From Vicugna vicugna (Eukaryota), in contig MU057989.1 in assembly GCA_013265495.1 (NCBI GenBank), forward strand, positions 1,443,513 through 1,507,512: 64,000 nucleotides of DNA. Direction: 5' to 3'. The position numbers and the translations under genes are program-made. This document shows, in pieces, positions 37,923 to 51,417 of the stretch. Each line of letters opens with the position of its first letter. Positions within the stretch are counted from its first letter, which is position 1. The notes below the pieces were generated by a model, which worked only from the letters and a program-made list of their open reading frames with translations, was not told the origin of the DNA and made no database searches.

Positions 37923-40900
37923 TGCGAGCTGCTCCAGTCCCTTGGATGCATGTGTTCTTCCTTTAGAAAAAAACATACCAGAAGGTACAGAGAGTAATAC
38001 AGGGAACGCCCTCCACTCAGCGTCCACGGTTAGCATTTTTCATATTGTGGATGTGGGCACATCCTTCCGCGTTTGTTTCTTCCTTCCCAACATGTGGGTG
38101 TCCCACCGTCTGCGCTGCGGGGCTGCCTTGTGCTAAGTTCTCACGTCCTCCACGTCTGAGTCGTGTTCCTTCTGTGTCTGCTCCGCGCTGATGTGCGGAG
38201 ACCCGGCCCGCTCCTTTAACTGGTGTGTGGTCCCGTCTCGTCACTGCCACGCTCTGTTTGTCCCTTTGTTTATCGAGGAACGTGTGAGGTGTTTCCATCT
38301 TTCTATGCTGGAAAGTCTTGTATTGATCCGCATATTGTGTGTCTGCAACCAAAATATATACATAAATTAAAATTAGAATCTTAAGAGTGAGAATTTTTCT
38401 TCTGGTTTGCATGGCCATTACAAATACCCAGTTGGTCAAAACATAACAAATATTACAGTTTTCATAAGTGACAAACATAAATACTGAAAATCACTGAACA
38501 TACATCTGATGTGAGTGGATGGGCTGCTTTCCCCGCAGTTAATTCATGTAGTCACAGCTGAATAGAGCCTGTTGCTGGAATGAGACAGGTCAGCATCAAT
38601 TCTGGTTCCGTTTTTCATTTTAACTTGAGAAACTTTTTCATATGAATCAAGTAGATGAGAATTAACATGTTTGATTTAGCAATAGCATCCAATTCCAAAT
38701 TATTTGCCAAAAAAAAAATCACATAAAGATCTAATACCAGAAAAATATTATTGATGATTTACCAGCTAACAACTTACGTCTTTCCAGCTCCTAACAGCAG
38801 CTTTATTGAGACATAATTCACATACTGTAAAGTTTATCCTTTTAAAATGTACAGTTCAGTGTTTTTTTTCCAAGAACATATATGTTCCAGTTTTGTGATT
38901 TCACAACCACTGCCCTAACACATTCTTGTCCCATGTGTTCAGTCTTTTAAAAACAATTTTTCTTGTTTTAAAGTAATACACGTTAATTTAGAAAATGTAT
39001 AAAATACAGTTAAAGACAAAACAAACGAGAACATCTCATCCATTGCCTGTTAGTCCAGAGGTTTTAGTTTGTAGCCTTTGTACCTCTGAAGTTATTAACG
39101 CTTCAGACTGCACTGAGACGTGGGGGGCCTCCCGTGTATAGTTCACCGTTAGGTCGTGGAAGAGCTGTGGAGGAGAAGAAAGCAGAGAAGAGGGTCGGGG
39201 TAGGTTGGGGGACGTTGCCAGTTTTAAAAAGAATGATCAGAAAAGGGATTGTTGAGATAGAAACATGAGGTCAAAGGATCCAGGCAGACTCTTGGGGAAG
39301 AACTTCATTAAACAGACGAAACAGCATGTTAAAAGACCCTGGGGGCAAACGGGGTCTGCACTGTCTAGGGCCTTGCAGGCCAGGGAGGAGTTTGGGACTC
39401 ATTCTAGTGTGACTAGGAAGCCACCAGGAAACTATGAGAATGGGATGTGGGAAACAGACTTTGGGGCTATGGTAGTGGGGAGACCCGGGGAGTGGATTGC
39501 AGTAATCCAGGCAGGAGATGGTGGTGGCATTGACCAGGGTGGTGGCCAGGAAAAAGTATTAGAATCAGGAGCCCTCGGAGGGTCACCCAGACTGGATTTC
39601 AAAGCCTGTGGTGATAGTTACCTCTTGGCGAGTAACAAATTCAAAGTGTAGCCATTTATATTTGATGTTCATTATCTCATTGTTTCTGTGGCCCAGGAGC
39701 TTGGGAGTGCCTTAGTTGTGGGACTGCAGTCAGCTGGGGTCTGCTTCCCAGGTGGTTCCCTCATGGGGCCAGCAGGTCAGTGCTGGGTGGTGGCGAGGGG
39801 CCCCCGCTGGTCACTGCATGGACCCCTCCCTAGGGCTGCTTGAGCGTCCTCACCACATGGCAGCTGGCTTCCCCCAGTGCCTTGGAAGTCTCACTGCATC
39901 ATTTCCAGAGTATCCTGCTGGTGACACCGGTTAGTCCTATTCAGTGTGGGAAGTCTGCCGAGAGACACAAGTACCAGAAGGTGAGAATATGGGGGCCTTC
40001 TTGGAGGAGAGCTGCCTCACCTACTTTCTACTGGTGGAGAAAACCCTGGGGATTTGTTGGCCTTAAAGATCCCCCAGGAGGAGGTTAGGTCAGGATTTTC
40101 CGGGTCAAGGGCCTATCTCCACACGGAAGGCCCTGTAGGGTCGGCCAGGCTGCCATTCCTGGAGCTGCCCTCTCCTGAGCCTTCCCTCCAGACCAGGGCC
40201 ACAGCCTTTGGATCCACCTCAGAGTCTTGGAGCAGCGTGGAGGGCCTGTCAGGGCTGAGGACCAGGCCCCACCACGAATGCTCAACAGTTGGGACCTCAC
40301 TGGCCAGTCTGAGCAGCCACTGGGCTTGCACGTACCCTCTCTCACATGCTGCTGTGGTCCGACTTGTCACCCAGTGCCTGGTGCGTGGGGCTTTCCCTAT
40401 CTGCCCTGCTGTATGTGCCGTGGTAACGACCTAGTCAATCTCGGCAGATGAGGTGGCTCTGAGCTGGGTTCCCCTTAAAGCTTCCTGCCGAGGCATCTCT
40501 CACCTACCTGTGATTTGGGCTAGAGGTTGGGTGGACCAAGGGCCAACCAAGACTGCAGCTGGAGTCCAGAGACCACCAGTGCCCCAGGCCTGGTGCCTTG
40601 CTCCCACCCGCCTTCCAGGGCCAGTGTGGGAACGATCATCATATTAAAATGCACTGATGCTTTCAGTGTGGGCAGTGGGACCATGGCAAATCTCAGGTGA
40701 TTTTGGAAGAGTCCCGGAGCGTCCCTGTATCTCAGTCTTTTCATTAAGAGCACCACGATGGTTCCTGTTCAATGAAAAGGTGTAACACGAAGCAGAACGT
40801 CTGGGCTCTGTCCCTGCCGCACCCGCTCCCGCTGGACTTCCTGGCAGCTTTCTGGGCATGTCCTTTTGACCGTTCTGTGCGTGCTCACAACTCGTGTTAT

Positions 40901-41679
40901 GCGGTTAAGTGTGTGCTGTTACCTTTCAAAAGAGGTTTTGGAATGCGCTCAACGATTGTTCTGTGATACTGGCTTTCAGGTCTGTTGACACTCTTTAGCA
41001 GCTATTGTATGATGTTCCATGAAATCGGGTGTTACATTTACTTAACTAGTCACCACTTTATTCTCTTTCTCTCAGTGTGGTTGGCTGTGTCTGGTTCCTG
41101 GTCCACATGTGGGTTGGGGTTACGCCCTAGCCTGTTAGGTCCTGGCTGTGTTCCCTGCAGGCAGAGCCATCAGGCTGGACTCCTGGTTCTGGGCCTCCCA
41201 GCTTAGGCAGCCATGGCTGTGTCCTCCGTCACCAGAGCTGTGGTTCTCAGGAAGGGCACACAGATCCATGCAGGGCACCCACTGTAGCTGTAAGGGCCCA
41301 GAATTCCCTCTGGTCCACAAAATTCACAGGGTCCTGTGGACGCCTGGCCTTTTTCTGGGTCCTCTGTGCCAGAGAGAAAGGGCGGACCATGGGCAGGTGT
41401 CAGATCAGGAAGCTTGGGAGAGGTGGTCCTTCCAGCATTTCCCCAGCAAGGCTGTGAGCTCAGTTCTTTGAAGCTGACCTGTGTCTGATGCCTTGTATCC
41501 ATTTATTTCTATGAGAAGTGAGAATTTAGTACCTAAGTGTGCCGTGGACATACATCTTCAGTCTTCATGGAGGAGTGGATCAGATGTGAATGAAGTAAAA
41601 ACTCATCCACATAGTTTTAAACTGTGGCATTGCTTGGGGCTCGGATGCGGGGGCTGGTTTAGTCTGTGGGTCAGAGGAA

Positions 41680-42117
41680 GTGTATTCGTTTTCTGTGCTG
41701 TCATAACGGAGTGCCACGGACTGAATGATTTAAAATGGCAGAGTTTATTCTCACAGTTCTAGAGGCCAGAAGTCCAGAATCAAGGTTTCGACAGAGTTGG
41801 TTCCCTCCAAAGCTTCTATGGAGGTGGTTCTCTGCCTCTCCTTGCTTCTGGTGGCTCCAGGCGTTCCTGCCTTGGAGCTGCGTCCCTCCCGGCTCTGCCT
41901 CTGCCGGCACACGGCTTCCTTCCCTGTCTGTGTCCAAATCTCCCTCTTATTCCTTGGAGACACTGGTCCCTGGATTTAGTACCCGCCCCCCCAATCCAGC
42001 CTGACCTCCTATTACCTTGATTACATCTCTGAAGACCCTGTGTCCAAATAAGGTCATGTGCACAGGTACCAGGGGTTAGGATGGGGCCATGTCCTTGTAG
42101 GGGGCACAGTTCAACCT
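41680..42117 (-). mobile_element. MLT1 (ERVL-MaLR) solo LTR
   Basis: tttattctcacagttctagaggccagaagtcc..., ccaaataaggtca...aggtaccaggggttagga. Confidence 0.75.
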
Positions 42118-42349
42118 GCTGCAGATGGAAGTGATGTTGAAGGGGGGTGCTGGATGTGTCCAGCAGGAGGGAGGAGTGGCCCAGGAGAGGGGTGGTGGGG
42201 ATGGGTGCAGAGGTGGGGTGGGCTGGGTGGAAAGGCTGAGGCTGGTGCCTGGAGCCGGCATTTCTCAGGGCTGAGCTTCTCCGCTGTGAGACACTCCCAC
42301 TGGGCTGTGTTGAGCCCCGTCATCTACAGCCGTGTTTCCTTTTAACCAG

Positions 42350-42468
42350 GAAACTACTTCGCCTCGCACTTTTTCATGGGAGGTGAGAAATTTGACACTC
42401 CCCACCCTGAAGGTTATCTCTTTGGCGAGAACATGGATCTGAACTTCCTGGGCAGTCGCCCGGTCCAG
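42350..42468 (+). CDS. MGRN1: MGRN1 exon 2
   Basis: aaccag|GA...CAG|gtgggt, 119 nt; NYFASHFFMGGEKFDTPHPEGYLFGENMDLNFLGSRPVQ. Confidence 0.97.
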
Positions 42469-43944
42469 GTGGGTCTCTGCGGGGCTGGGCACGTGGGCAG
42501 TAGTGACGAGGCCCCTGGCGGTGGTAACAAGGCCCCTGGTGGTGAGCAGGCCCCGAGTCACCCCAAATGAGGCAGAGGTGCCAGCCAGACGTCTGTGTGG
42601 GACGTGTGCCTGAGGCGTGCCCCTCTGAGAGGCCTGCCCCTGGCACTGCCCCCTGGGAGGCTGGATGGCTGAGATGTGCACTTCGTACACTGCTGTCCGT
42701 TCGTTCAGCACACATTTGGCACCTGCTGTGTGCCTAGGACTCTTTCAGGGACTGGGGACAGAGGACAGACTCTGCCCTGTTTAGTGTGAGGGGTTGCAGA
42801 CAATAAAGAAGAGAACGGTAAATTTAAAAAAAGCCATGAATGCCCCCCAAAATTAAATAAAAGTTTTAAAAAAAAAAGGAAATGTTTGATGGATGGAGAC
42901 TAGGGAAGGAGAGAGGTGAGGGCCCATCGGGGTTGCTGAGCAGGGATTGGGTTTTATATCTTGAGGTGATGGTCCTCAGTATGAGCAAGGGGCCAGGTGG
43001 GAGGCCCTCTCAGGAGACACTGGACCCTGTCTGCTGAGGCTGCCGAGTCCAGGGGAGTCCCTGGGTCTGGTGGGGGATGGGTGGTCTCTAGGCTGTTTTA
43101 GCCGTGGAGCAGCTGGTTGACATGAAGTTCTGATCCTTTAACCGATGGGAGGCGAGGGGCCTAGGGCCGAGTGCTGGCCGCTCCCACCCTTGGGGTCAGT
43201 GGGGCCTCCTCGTTGTGCTGAGCTGCCCACCCTCCCAAGTCTATGAGAGCAAGAGCAGAACCTCGCCTTCCACGTCTTCGTAACCTCAGCTCCAGCCCAG
43301 TGCCTGGCTCTTGCAGGTCTCCTGTAAACCTGTCATCTTGTGTAACTTTCACCTTGAGACCATCATAGAGTCTCCTGCAGTTGTAAGAAGTGATGCAGAG
43401 AGACTCCATGTGTGTGCCCTTTACCCAACTTCCCAGCGACAGCGGCTCGTGAGACTCAGTGTCTCAGTGCGTTGTCACGATGCGCACACGCTTCGCACAT
43501 GCCACCAGCTTTACAGCACCTGTGTGTGTGCGTGTGCATGCTCGTATCCCTTCCAGAATCTGTGCTGACCATCTTCCTTGTGTGGAGGGTCCACCTTGTT
43601 CAGAGCAGCAGTGGGACGGCAGGAACACGGCCTGAGAGCCCGAACCCTGACCACTGCCGCCAGGGACCCTCGAGCCACAGGACACTAGCGAGGGGTCCTT
43701 GCTGGAATTGGGGGACCGTGGCCACATGGCCGGAACCCTTTAGGGCACTTCTGGTCCCGGCTCCCCCACGTGCTGGCCGGGTTGTCTGTGGCTTCTTCGA
43801 GGTAGATGAGGATAGTGCCGTCCTGTGGTCAGTGTGAGGGCCCAGCAGTACCAGGCAGGGTTGTGACCGTTGTTCTGATTAAGCCATGTGTTCTCTCCCC
43901 CGCCATGCCCTGGGGGTTACCTGGAGTTGCTGTTTCTCTCCTAG

Positions 43945-44033
43945 TTTCCTTACGTCACCCCTGCCCCCCACGAGCCGGTGAAGACGCTGAGGAGCCTGGT
44001 GAACGTGCGCAAAGACTCCGTCCGTCTCGTCAG
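43945..44033 (+). CDS. MGRN1: MGRN1 exon 3
   Basis: cctag|TTT...AG|gtaacc, 89 nt; FPYVTPAPHEPVKTLRSLVNVRKDSVRLV. Confidence 0.96.
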
Positions 44034-44221
44034 GTAACCCTTCACCCCACCCTGTGGGGCGCTGTGCCCCAGGGCCCTGATGCTTGGGAGGAGAGGTGCT
44101 GAGTGGCCCCCACCCCACCCCCCGTGTGTAGAGTCAAGACTCACCTCCCAGAGCTGCCCCTGCATGAGGGTAGGAAAGGGAGGGGCCAGCAGGATTCGCC
44201 TGTGGAGGTCCAACCCTTAAG

Positions 44222-44420
44222 CCAGGGTCTCAGCCAGGCACCTGTGCCCCAGGGCCATGGGCTGTATCTGGAGACAGTCTTGGTTTTCCCAGCTGGGGAC
44301 TTGTGCCACTGGCATCTGGGGAGCAGAGACCAGGGGTGCTGCTGAGCAAGCACCCTGTAGGGCACAGGACACCCCCACAGCCAAGAATGGTCCAGCCCTG
44401 AATGTCAGTGGGTTAGGAAC
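44222..44420. mobile_element. MER20-like hAT DNA element
   Basis: tctggagacagtcttggtt...actggcatctgg...gcagagaccagggg..., cccccacagccaagaat...ccagccctgaatgtcagt. Confidence 0.65.
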
Positions 44421-44694
44421 TACTTTAAACTTGGAAGACGTGCAGCATCTGGGGCTGCCTCTAAACCAAGGACTCATCTCCCTTCCTGTGGGCAGGAGGC
44501 AAGGGAGGGAGGACCCTGCGTTGTTGAGCCTTATTGTCTAAACAGGAAACAGCCCTGCATTCCTAGAAAGGTGGGACACAGCCAGGAGTTGACTCTGGGG
44601 GCCCCTCGGCGGGGGTGGTGTGTGTGGTGCAGGATGGGGATGCCCTCGCAGACGTGGCCCCTGACCTGCCCCTGTCCCTATGCGTCCTCGGCAG

Positions 44695-44841
44695 GTACAA
44701 AGATGGTGCTGACAGCCCCACTGACGACAGCGAGAAGCCCCGAGTTCTCTACAGCCTGGAGTTCACCTTTGATGCCGATGCCCGGGTGGCCATCACCATC
44801 TACTGCCAGGCGGTGGAGGAGTTCCTGAATGGGACAGCTGT
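44695..44841 (+). CDS. MGRN1: MGRN1 exon 4
   Basis: ggcag|G...GT|gtgagt, 147 nt; YKDGADSPTDDSEKPRVLYSLEFTFDADARVAITIYCQAVEEFLNGTA. Confidence 0.96.
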
Positions 44842-46103
44842 GTGAGTCCCCTGGGGCCTGGCAGAGTAGGGGTGGCAGGCTGGCCCAGCAGTTCTGCTTC
44901 TGTCTGTACATTGTGTTTGAGCTTTCGGGGATTTTATTTGAAATGAAGGCCCTGCTGGCCCCCAAAGTTGGAAGTCTGCAACTTCAGGAGGACCACAACA
45001 GGGCTGCCTCCAGGCTGCTAGGCCAGACCTGGGCAGAATGAGCAGAAATGTGCCCGCTTCCGTCCTGTTGGAGAAAACCCCTTGGAGGCCAGATTTGGTC
45101 TGGAGAGTGGGGCGGTGGCTGAGAACTTGGGCTTTTGAGTTCGTGTGCCAGCAGCCCCTCCCTTAGTGCCAGTCTCAGGCCAGACATGCCAGGGCCCTCG
45201 AGAGCATCCTTTGTCCCAGAGACTGAGGGAGGCCCCAAGGGTAGCAGGTGTGTGTAGGGTGGAGGGGGGCGGGTAAGGGTCATGTGTTGGATTCCGGCAT
45301 AGGGAGATGCCAGAGTTTATCAGGATTAAACATTTGGGCGCTGCTGGACCCAGCCCTTCCTTTCCTGGGGATTTACCTTGGGGATATGCTTGCATGCGCG
45401 GCTAAGGTGTGTGGAAGAGGGTTCCGGAAGCTTTGTTTGGAATAGCAAGATGTCGGAGACCACCAGGTGTCCACTGATGGGGGCCTGACTGAATCACTCA
45501 GAGTAAAGCTGTGGGAGTCCACACAGTGTCCTAGAACACGGCACCTCACCTGCGGTGATTCTGGGACGGCTCTGGGTGCCGCATAGTGAAGGGCAGAGTG
45601 TAGGTGGACTGCTGTTTGAATATTAAAGAAGAGACACCAGCGCACACAGGCATGGTTAGCCTTGGCTTCCCCGGCAGTGATGTGTGAGTTGCGGACAGCG
45701 CAGAGAAGCAGGTGGCTTGGAGCAGGCCTGAGGGCAGGGAGTGGGGGTCCCTTTACTGTGTGCATTTTGGTGTCATATTTATTCAAAAAAGTCAGCAAAC
45801 CATAAACACCAAAGGGAAAAGTGTAGCAAAATCTGGAAAGATAATAGCTGTTGGGCGGGTGTGGGCTCTGGAAGGCCCCGCTGGGTCAGAGCCGGTGCTG
45901 CGAGGGACACGTGGCCATGCAGGCTGGCCTCTGCCCCACCAGAGAGGGGCTGGGGCTTGCGTGGTGGGGACCTGCCAGTCAGGTTTCTCCTGGGTCCCCC
46001 AAGAGGCTGGTGGCTGCCAGCCACGTCTCAGTTCCTGTGCGCTGGGGGGGGACGGGGTGAGACAGAGTGTTTGTCTCACCGTCCTTTCTTGCTGCTTCTT
46101 CAG

Positions 46104-46221
46104 CTACAGCACCAAGAGCCCAGCCCTGCAGTCTGAGACCGTCCACTACAAGCGGGGCGTGAGCCAACAGTTCTCCCTGCCCTCCTTCAAGATCGACTTC
46201 TCGGAATGGAAGGACGACGAG
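46104..46221 (+). CDS. MGRN1: MGRN1 exon 5
   Basis: ttcag|C...GAG|gtagtg, 118 nt; YSTKSPALQSETVHYKRGVSQQFSLPSFKIDFSEWKDDE. Confidence 0.96.
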
Positions 46222-46293
46222 GTAGTGTCCTGGCTGGGCTCCCTTCCCCCGGGCCCCCTGCCTGAATTCCTTCCCTTCAAGCGGGTGACACAG

Positions 46294-46427
46294 CGGGGCC
46301 TGTGCGCTCAGACCCCTCTCGTGGTTGGTGAGTGTCAGGCGGCTGCTGACCGGGGCCTGTGCGCTCAGACCCCTCTCGTGGTTGGTGAGCGTCAGGGGTG
46401 GCTGCTGACCGGGGTCTGTGTGCTTAG
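46294..46427. repeat. 57-59 bp tandem repeat, about 2.3 copies, just downstream of MGRN1 exon 5
   Basis: cggggcctgtgcgctcagacccctctcgtggttggtgag... starts at 46294 and 46351, with a partial copy at 46410. Confidence 0.9.
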
Positions 46428-47074
46428 CCCAGCCGGGCGTGCCAGGATCGTGGAGCATGGTTTGCTCCAGGCCTTGGCTGGACTGGACGATTGCGGATGG
46501 CTGGAGCAGCGGCAGTTAGAGGCTCCTTACTGGGCTTTGGTGCAGTTGTCGGGGCCATGGGACTGCAGCGTGGCAGGACGCCTTCCATCTAGTGGTTCCG
46601 CATAGTTGAGGACGTGGAGGGTGCTCATTGCAGCTCTGTCTGTAATACTAAAATTGGAAACCAACTACGTGTCCACCACGGGGGGGTTGGTTGGTTTACC
46701 GATGTTATGGGAACCACCTGTGTGCATAACACGGGCACCATAGCTCTTCCGTTCTGGGATGAAATGCAGCCCTAAAGCAGCTGATGGAGCTGTGTCTCCT
46801 GGGCTTGGAGCAGAGCATGATGCAGACAAATACCACAAAATCTCATGTATGTGACGGCCACAGACCACACACGCCCTCTCCGCAGGTACATGTGTGTGTA
46901 TGTAATCCTTGAGGAAAAGCCAGAGAAGATTCCCATCAAGCTGAAGACAGTGGCTACCTCTGCAGAGGGTCGTGGTATGAGGAGGAAACACACACACACA
47001 CACACGCACACAATACGTCTACAATGTGAGTGTTCATACTGTGTACACCTCTGACTTATTAAAAAAAACCCAGA

Positions 47075-47360
47075 TTATTAAGGTATAATTTATATACCAT
47101 AAAACTCACCCATTTTCAGTGTGTAATTCAGTGATTTTTAGTAAACCTGTGATCACAGCCATCAGCACAATGCAGTTTTAGGACATTTCTCTCCTCCCGG
47201 CAGGATCGCTCGTGCCCAGTGACAGTTAATCCCTGCTCCCACCCCCAGCCCCTGGTTCTAGTCTGCTTTCTGTCGCCATAGGTTTGCCTGTTCCGGACAT
47301 TTCACGTGGATGGAATCAGGCAGTATGTGACCTTTCGTGTCTGGCTTCTTTCACCTGGCT
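47075..47360 (-). mobile_element. Old L1 3' end fragment
   Basis: ttattaaggtataatttatataccataaaactcaccc...ggacatttcacgtggatggaatc. Confidence 0.7.
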
Positions 47361-50300
47361 GAATTCTCTCTCTCTTTTTTTTTTTTTTTTTTTTTAAAAG
47401 GTAGTCACGTATTATGTTACTAAAATACGCGAGGGGGAAGGATTGGAGGTAGCGGGGCATGGTATAGTGTGGTAGGTTCTGGGTCACGGGGACATCAGCC
47501 GTGAAGGCCTCACCCTGGTGGTTGCTCCCGGCCGTGTGTGCTTGCTGGTTGAGCAACAGAAGCCACCTCTGTGTTACTTCGGTGAGAATATTGGGTGTTC
47601 AGGGAGGGTGTGCGGTCGTTGGAGTCAGAGGCAGAGCTGTCGTTGGAGTCATTGCAGCTCTGTGCAGCAGCCCTGTGCCGTCAGGATGGTCCCATCCCTG
47701 TGGGCACCACCAGTTCAGATGCCCTGCAGGTGTGTCTGGTCCCCCCCCCCCTCCCGTGAATGGGGAGGGAGATGGGGGCTGGGAGGGCAGGGAAGTGAAT
47801 GCTCCTGCCCCTGGTGATCTGTGGGGTGGCCAGGCTGAGGCTGCACCTCAGCTTGGTGACCTCTGTATAGTCCAGTCTCTTGGCATTTTGGCCCCGAAAC
47901 AGACCCCCTGTACATTTGCAGAAGTACTGAGTCAAGCCAATGGTTTGGGTCCCTTGTCCTGGGGGCCTACCTGACTCGTAAGCCCGTCTTGAGTGCTGCA
48001 TAGGGGCACCCCCTTTCCTGCCTCAGTGCGTCAGGGAGCCCGCATCCCTGACTTGTCAGTGTGTGGTGCAATGGGGCTGGCGGGCCGCCACCCTGGGCCT
48101 GTCCAGCCTTGTTATCCCAGGACCCTGTCCTCGTCTTTGCCCTCTCTTGAGTATCACCTCAGCTAATGTGTTCTTGAAACCAGCTCAGTTTCTGTTACAT
48201 GTGTCTTTTTACTGCAGTGGAACCGCAGTGACATGCAGTATACTCACAGTGTATGACCACTGTGCCATTCTAGCACATTCTCATCACCCAGAAGGAAGCC
48301 CTGCACCCACCCATTAAGCAGTCACTCCCCTTCCTCCCTCTATTGCGGGTATTTTTAAATGGAAACGTCATTAGTCATTCCTATAGCTGGGAAACTGCTA
48401 AGCTTTGCCATAAATAGAAGGTTCCAGAAATTAAGCTTACGGAGAGCAGACCAGTGCTGTTACGTCCTGGCATGATGTCATTGCCTGCTGAGGGCGTTGA
48501 AGAGGGTGTTGGCAGGTGGTTGAGACCTGGTGGACACTCTGGATTCAAACCCAGGTTTCTCTTTATCCCAGGGTTTCTCAGGCTCGGTGCTCCTTTGGGT
48601 CCTGGTCATTCTTTGGTGGGGACCGTCCTGATGTCCAGGGAGAGCTGGGGTCATGGTGCCCCTGTCATCTCCACCTCTGTCTCTTGGCCCAGCACTGGGT
48701 CAACCAGTGTAGTCATCCACTGGGTTTACAGAGTCAGCTGAACGAATGCCATGTGTGGGGTGCTGCCCTGGGCTCTGGGATGACACGTGGTCCACACTGT
48801 TCGCGGGAGGCTTCTGGAAGGCTGCTGCAATAGAGCCTTCAAAGCAGCGTCTGTGTCAGGACCTTTCTGATTGCAAGTGACAGAAACACCTCAGTCTGGC
48901 TTAAGAAAACCAGGAATTTATTGGCATAGGTTCTGAAAAAGCTGGATGGCTTGTGGTATCCTCCAGGGGCCTGTGTCTTCAGGACAGGTGTACTGCTTCT
49001 GAGCTGACCACACGCTACTGCTGCCCTGCAGACCAGTGGAGTGACAGGTGTGGTCCTGGCCTGGATCCCAGAGTGCTCAGGTGGACGGTCCCAGGCCCCG
49101 CTCAAGACAAGGGCGTACTGTTCCCCTGGCCAGGCCACATAGACCCAGGGTGGGAGAGGAGTTGTTCCCAGATTTTCCCAAGGAAAGTTGGGGTGCTGCT
49201 ACCTAAGAAGGGCACTCGAATGCTGGGCAGGCAGACAACAGCCATTTGCGCTTTTTCAGTAGGGTTTGAACAGATCACGGCAGGAGGCCCGTGTTGGGTC
49301 AGGCTTGATGAGAAAAGTCTGGAGGACAGAAGTACCAGGTGGCCTTTCCCAGGAGCTGAGAGAGCACAGGTGGGCGAGGCCTGGAGGTGACTCTGACTCT
49401 CACTGTGCATGAAGCATCGGGCAAGTTATGCCACCTCCTCAAGCCTGGCTTTCCCATCTGTCATCTGGAGGTGGAAACAGCCCCTTCCTCTAGGCTGGCT
49501 GTCCAGGTCCACACGGCAGGGGTGTAGAGGGCTCAGTTAGCCCAGGCTCCCCGCTGTGAACCCTGCTGCCCGGGGGGCCGGAGAAGAGAGGCTGGGGTCA
49601 CTGCCTGCTGGTGGAGCCCCCATCACTCCTCCCCAGACCCACGTCTGTTACTCCCCCTGTCAGCTGGCACTGAGGCCACACTCAGCGAACCCGGGAGAAA
49701 GAAAAGGCAAAGCACGCAGCAGCTCTTCGGAGCAGGAGGCCGCCCACGTCTGTGATGATGGCCACGTTCCAGCAACCGGTGGAAGCGCAGGCGGCGGGGC
49801 TGCACAGCACGGGGCACTGCTCCCCTTCCAGCTCTGTCACCCGGAAGGCCGCTCCTGCCCTCGGTTACAGCCTCTCAGGGCAGCGCCTGAGCGCTGCACC
49901 GGGTGTCACTGTCATTGTTACCACTGGGTGACGTTGGATTGGTCGTCGGCAGGATCACTCCATGTGCCCTGACGCAGGGTGGGGAGGGCAGAAACAGCGT
50001 GCAGGGGGCCCTGTCCCCAGGATAGTCATAGATGACATGTGACTCCTGTCTCAGGTGATTTCCCACAACCCTGTGGGTCACTGAAGAGCAAGGCAGGAGC
50101 ACAGAAAGGGGGTCCCTTCCTCTCCCAAGCCCAGGCTTGTGTGGTTCTTGGATAGGCCTGGACACGTCCCCTACCTCTCCGTGTGTAACTGTATGCACAC
50201 ATGTCCCCACCAGGTCAAGGGTGCTGGAGGCCCTACCCTGTGTGGTCCTGCGAGGCCCTCCCCGGCCACCTCCCTCCTTGGCCACCCACCTCCTTGGATG

Positions 50301-51350
50301 CCGCTGTCTGAACACACGCAGCCTCGAGTGGCTGGTGCTCACCGCGTGCTCTCCCAGGCACCACACTCAGGGCCTTTGTGTAGGCATGACTTCTGTCCCT
50401 TTTATGTGGATTGGGTAACTGAGGCTCGAGTTGTAGAGCCAGACCCGAACCCAGTCAGCAGTGCTGAGTCTGCCCTGTCCCAGCACCTGGCCTCTCCAGG
50501 CCCTGCTGCCCGCTGACAGCCAGGGACCTACCTGGCATCTTCTCCACGGCGGGTGTGTTCGGCTGAGCACCTCTCCCCATGGGCTCTGTGTGACCTGCCC
50601 GTGGGCCCCGGGGTGAGCAGACGTGGAGGCTGTGCCCGAGGGGACACGTGGGTTGGGGAGGGGCCTGCAGCTGGCAGGGATCCCCGAGGGTTTTAAGCTG
50701 GAGGAGAAGGAAGAGGGAGAAGAGGTTTCTGGGTGAGCTCGGACGAACCATGTGATCTTTTTCACTTTCCTTTCGTCATTGTTTGGGGTCGAGCCAGGTA
50801 CCTTTCTTCACAAGGTTGAACACGGCATCTCTGTGGTACCCAGTACACCCATGCCCAGGGTACACCCAGCAGAGTCAAAAACGGGCTCAGGCCCAGGCAG
50901 CAACCCTCACCAGAGCCCAGGGCAGCCCAGTGTCCGTGGGCAGGTGAATGGACGATGTCAGGCCGGGCAGGGGTGCTGCTCGTCCTGGAGGAGGACGCGG
51001 CTGCGACCTGGTGATGCTGAGTGAGAGAAGCTGGGCACAGATGACAGTACCGTGTGATCCCATTTCTCTGAACATCCCGTAGGGGCCAGTCCGCACAGGA
51101 AGCAGGGTGGAGGCTCTGGGACTGGATGCCGACTCCTGCTAGGGCTGCCGGAGATGTTCTGGGAACCGTGGTGCTGACGGTCACGTGACCTTAATGGATG
51201 TACCTCATGACACTGAATCTCAGATCACAGATGTGCCGTTTTTATTTGTTTTACCGCAGGGAAGAAAAACGGCATCTGTCTTTCCTCAGCACTTTGTTAC
51301 CGCGACGCCTCCTGCTCACTCTGATCATTCTTGCCTGCTTTTCTCCTCAG

Positions 51351-51417
51351 TTGAACTTTGACCTGGACCGGGGTGTGTTTCCAGTGGTCATCCAGGCCGT
51401 GGTGGATGAAGGGGACG
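51351..51417 (+). CDS. MGRN1: MGRN1 exon 6
   Basis: ctcag|TTG...G|gtgagt, 67 nt; LNFDLDRGVFPVVIQAVVDEGD. Confidence 0.96.
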
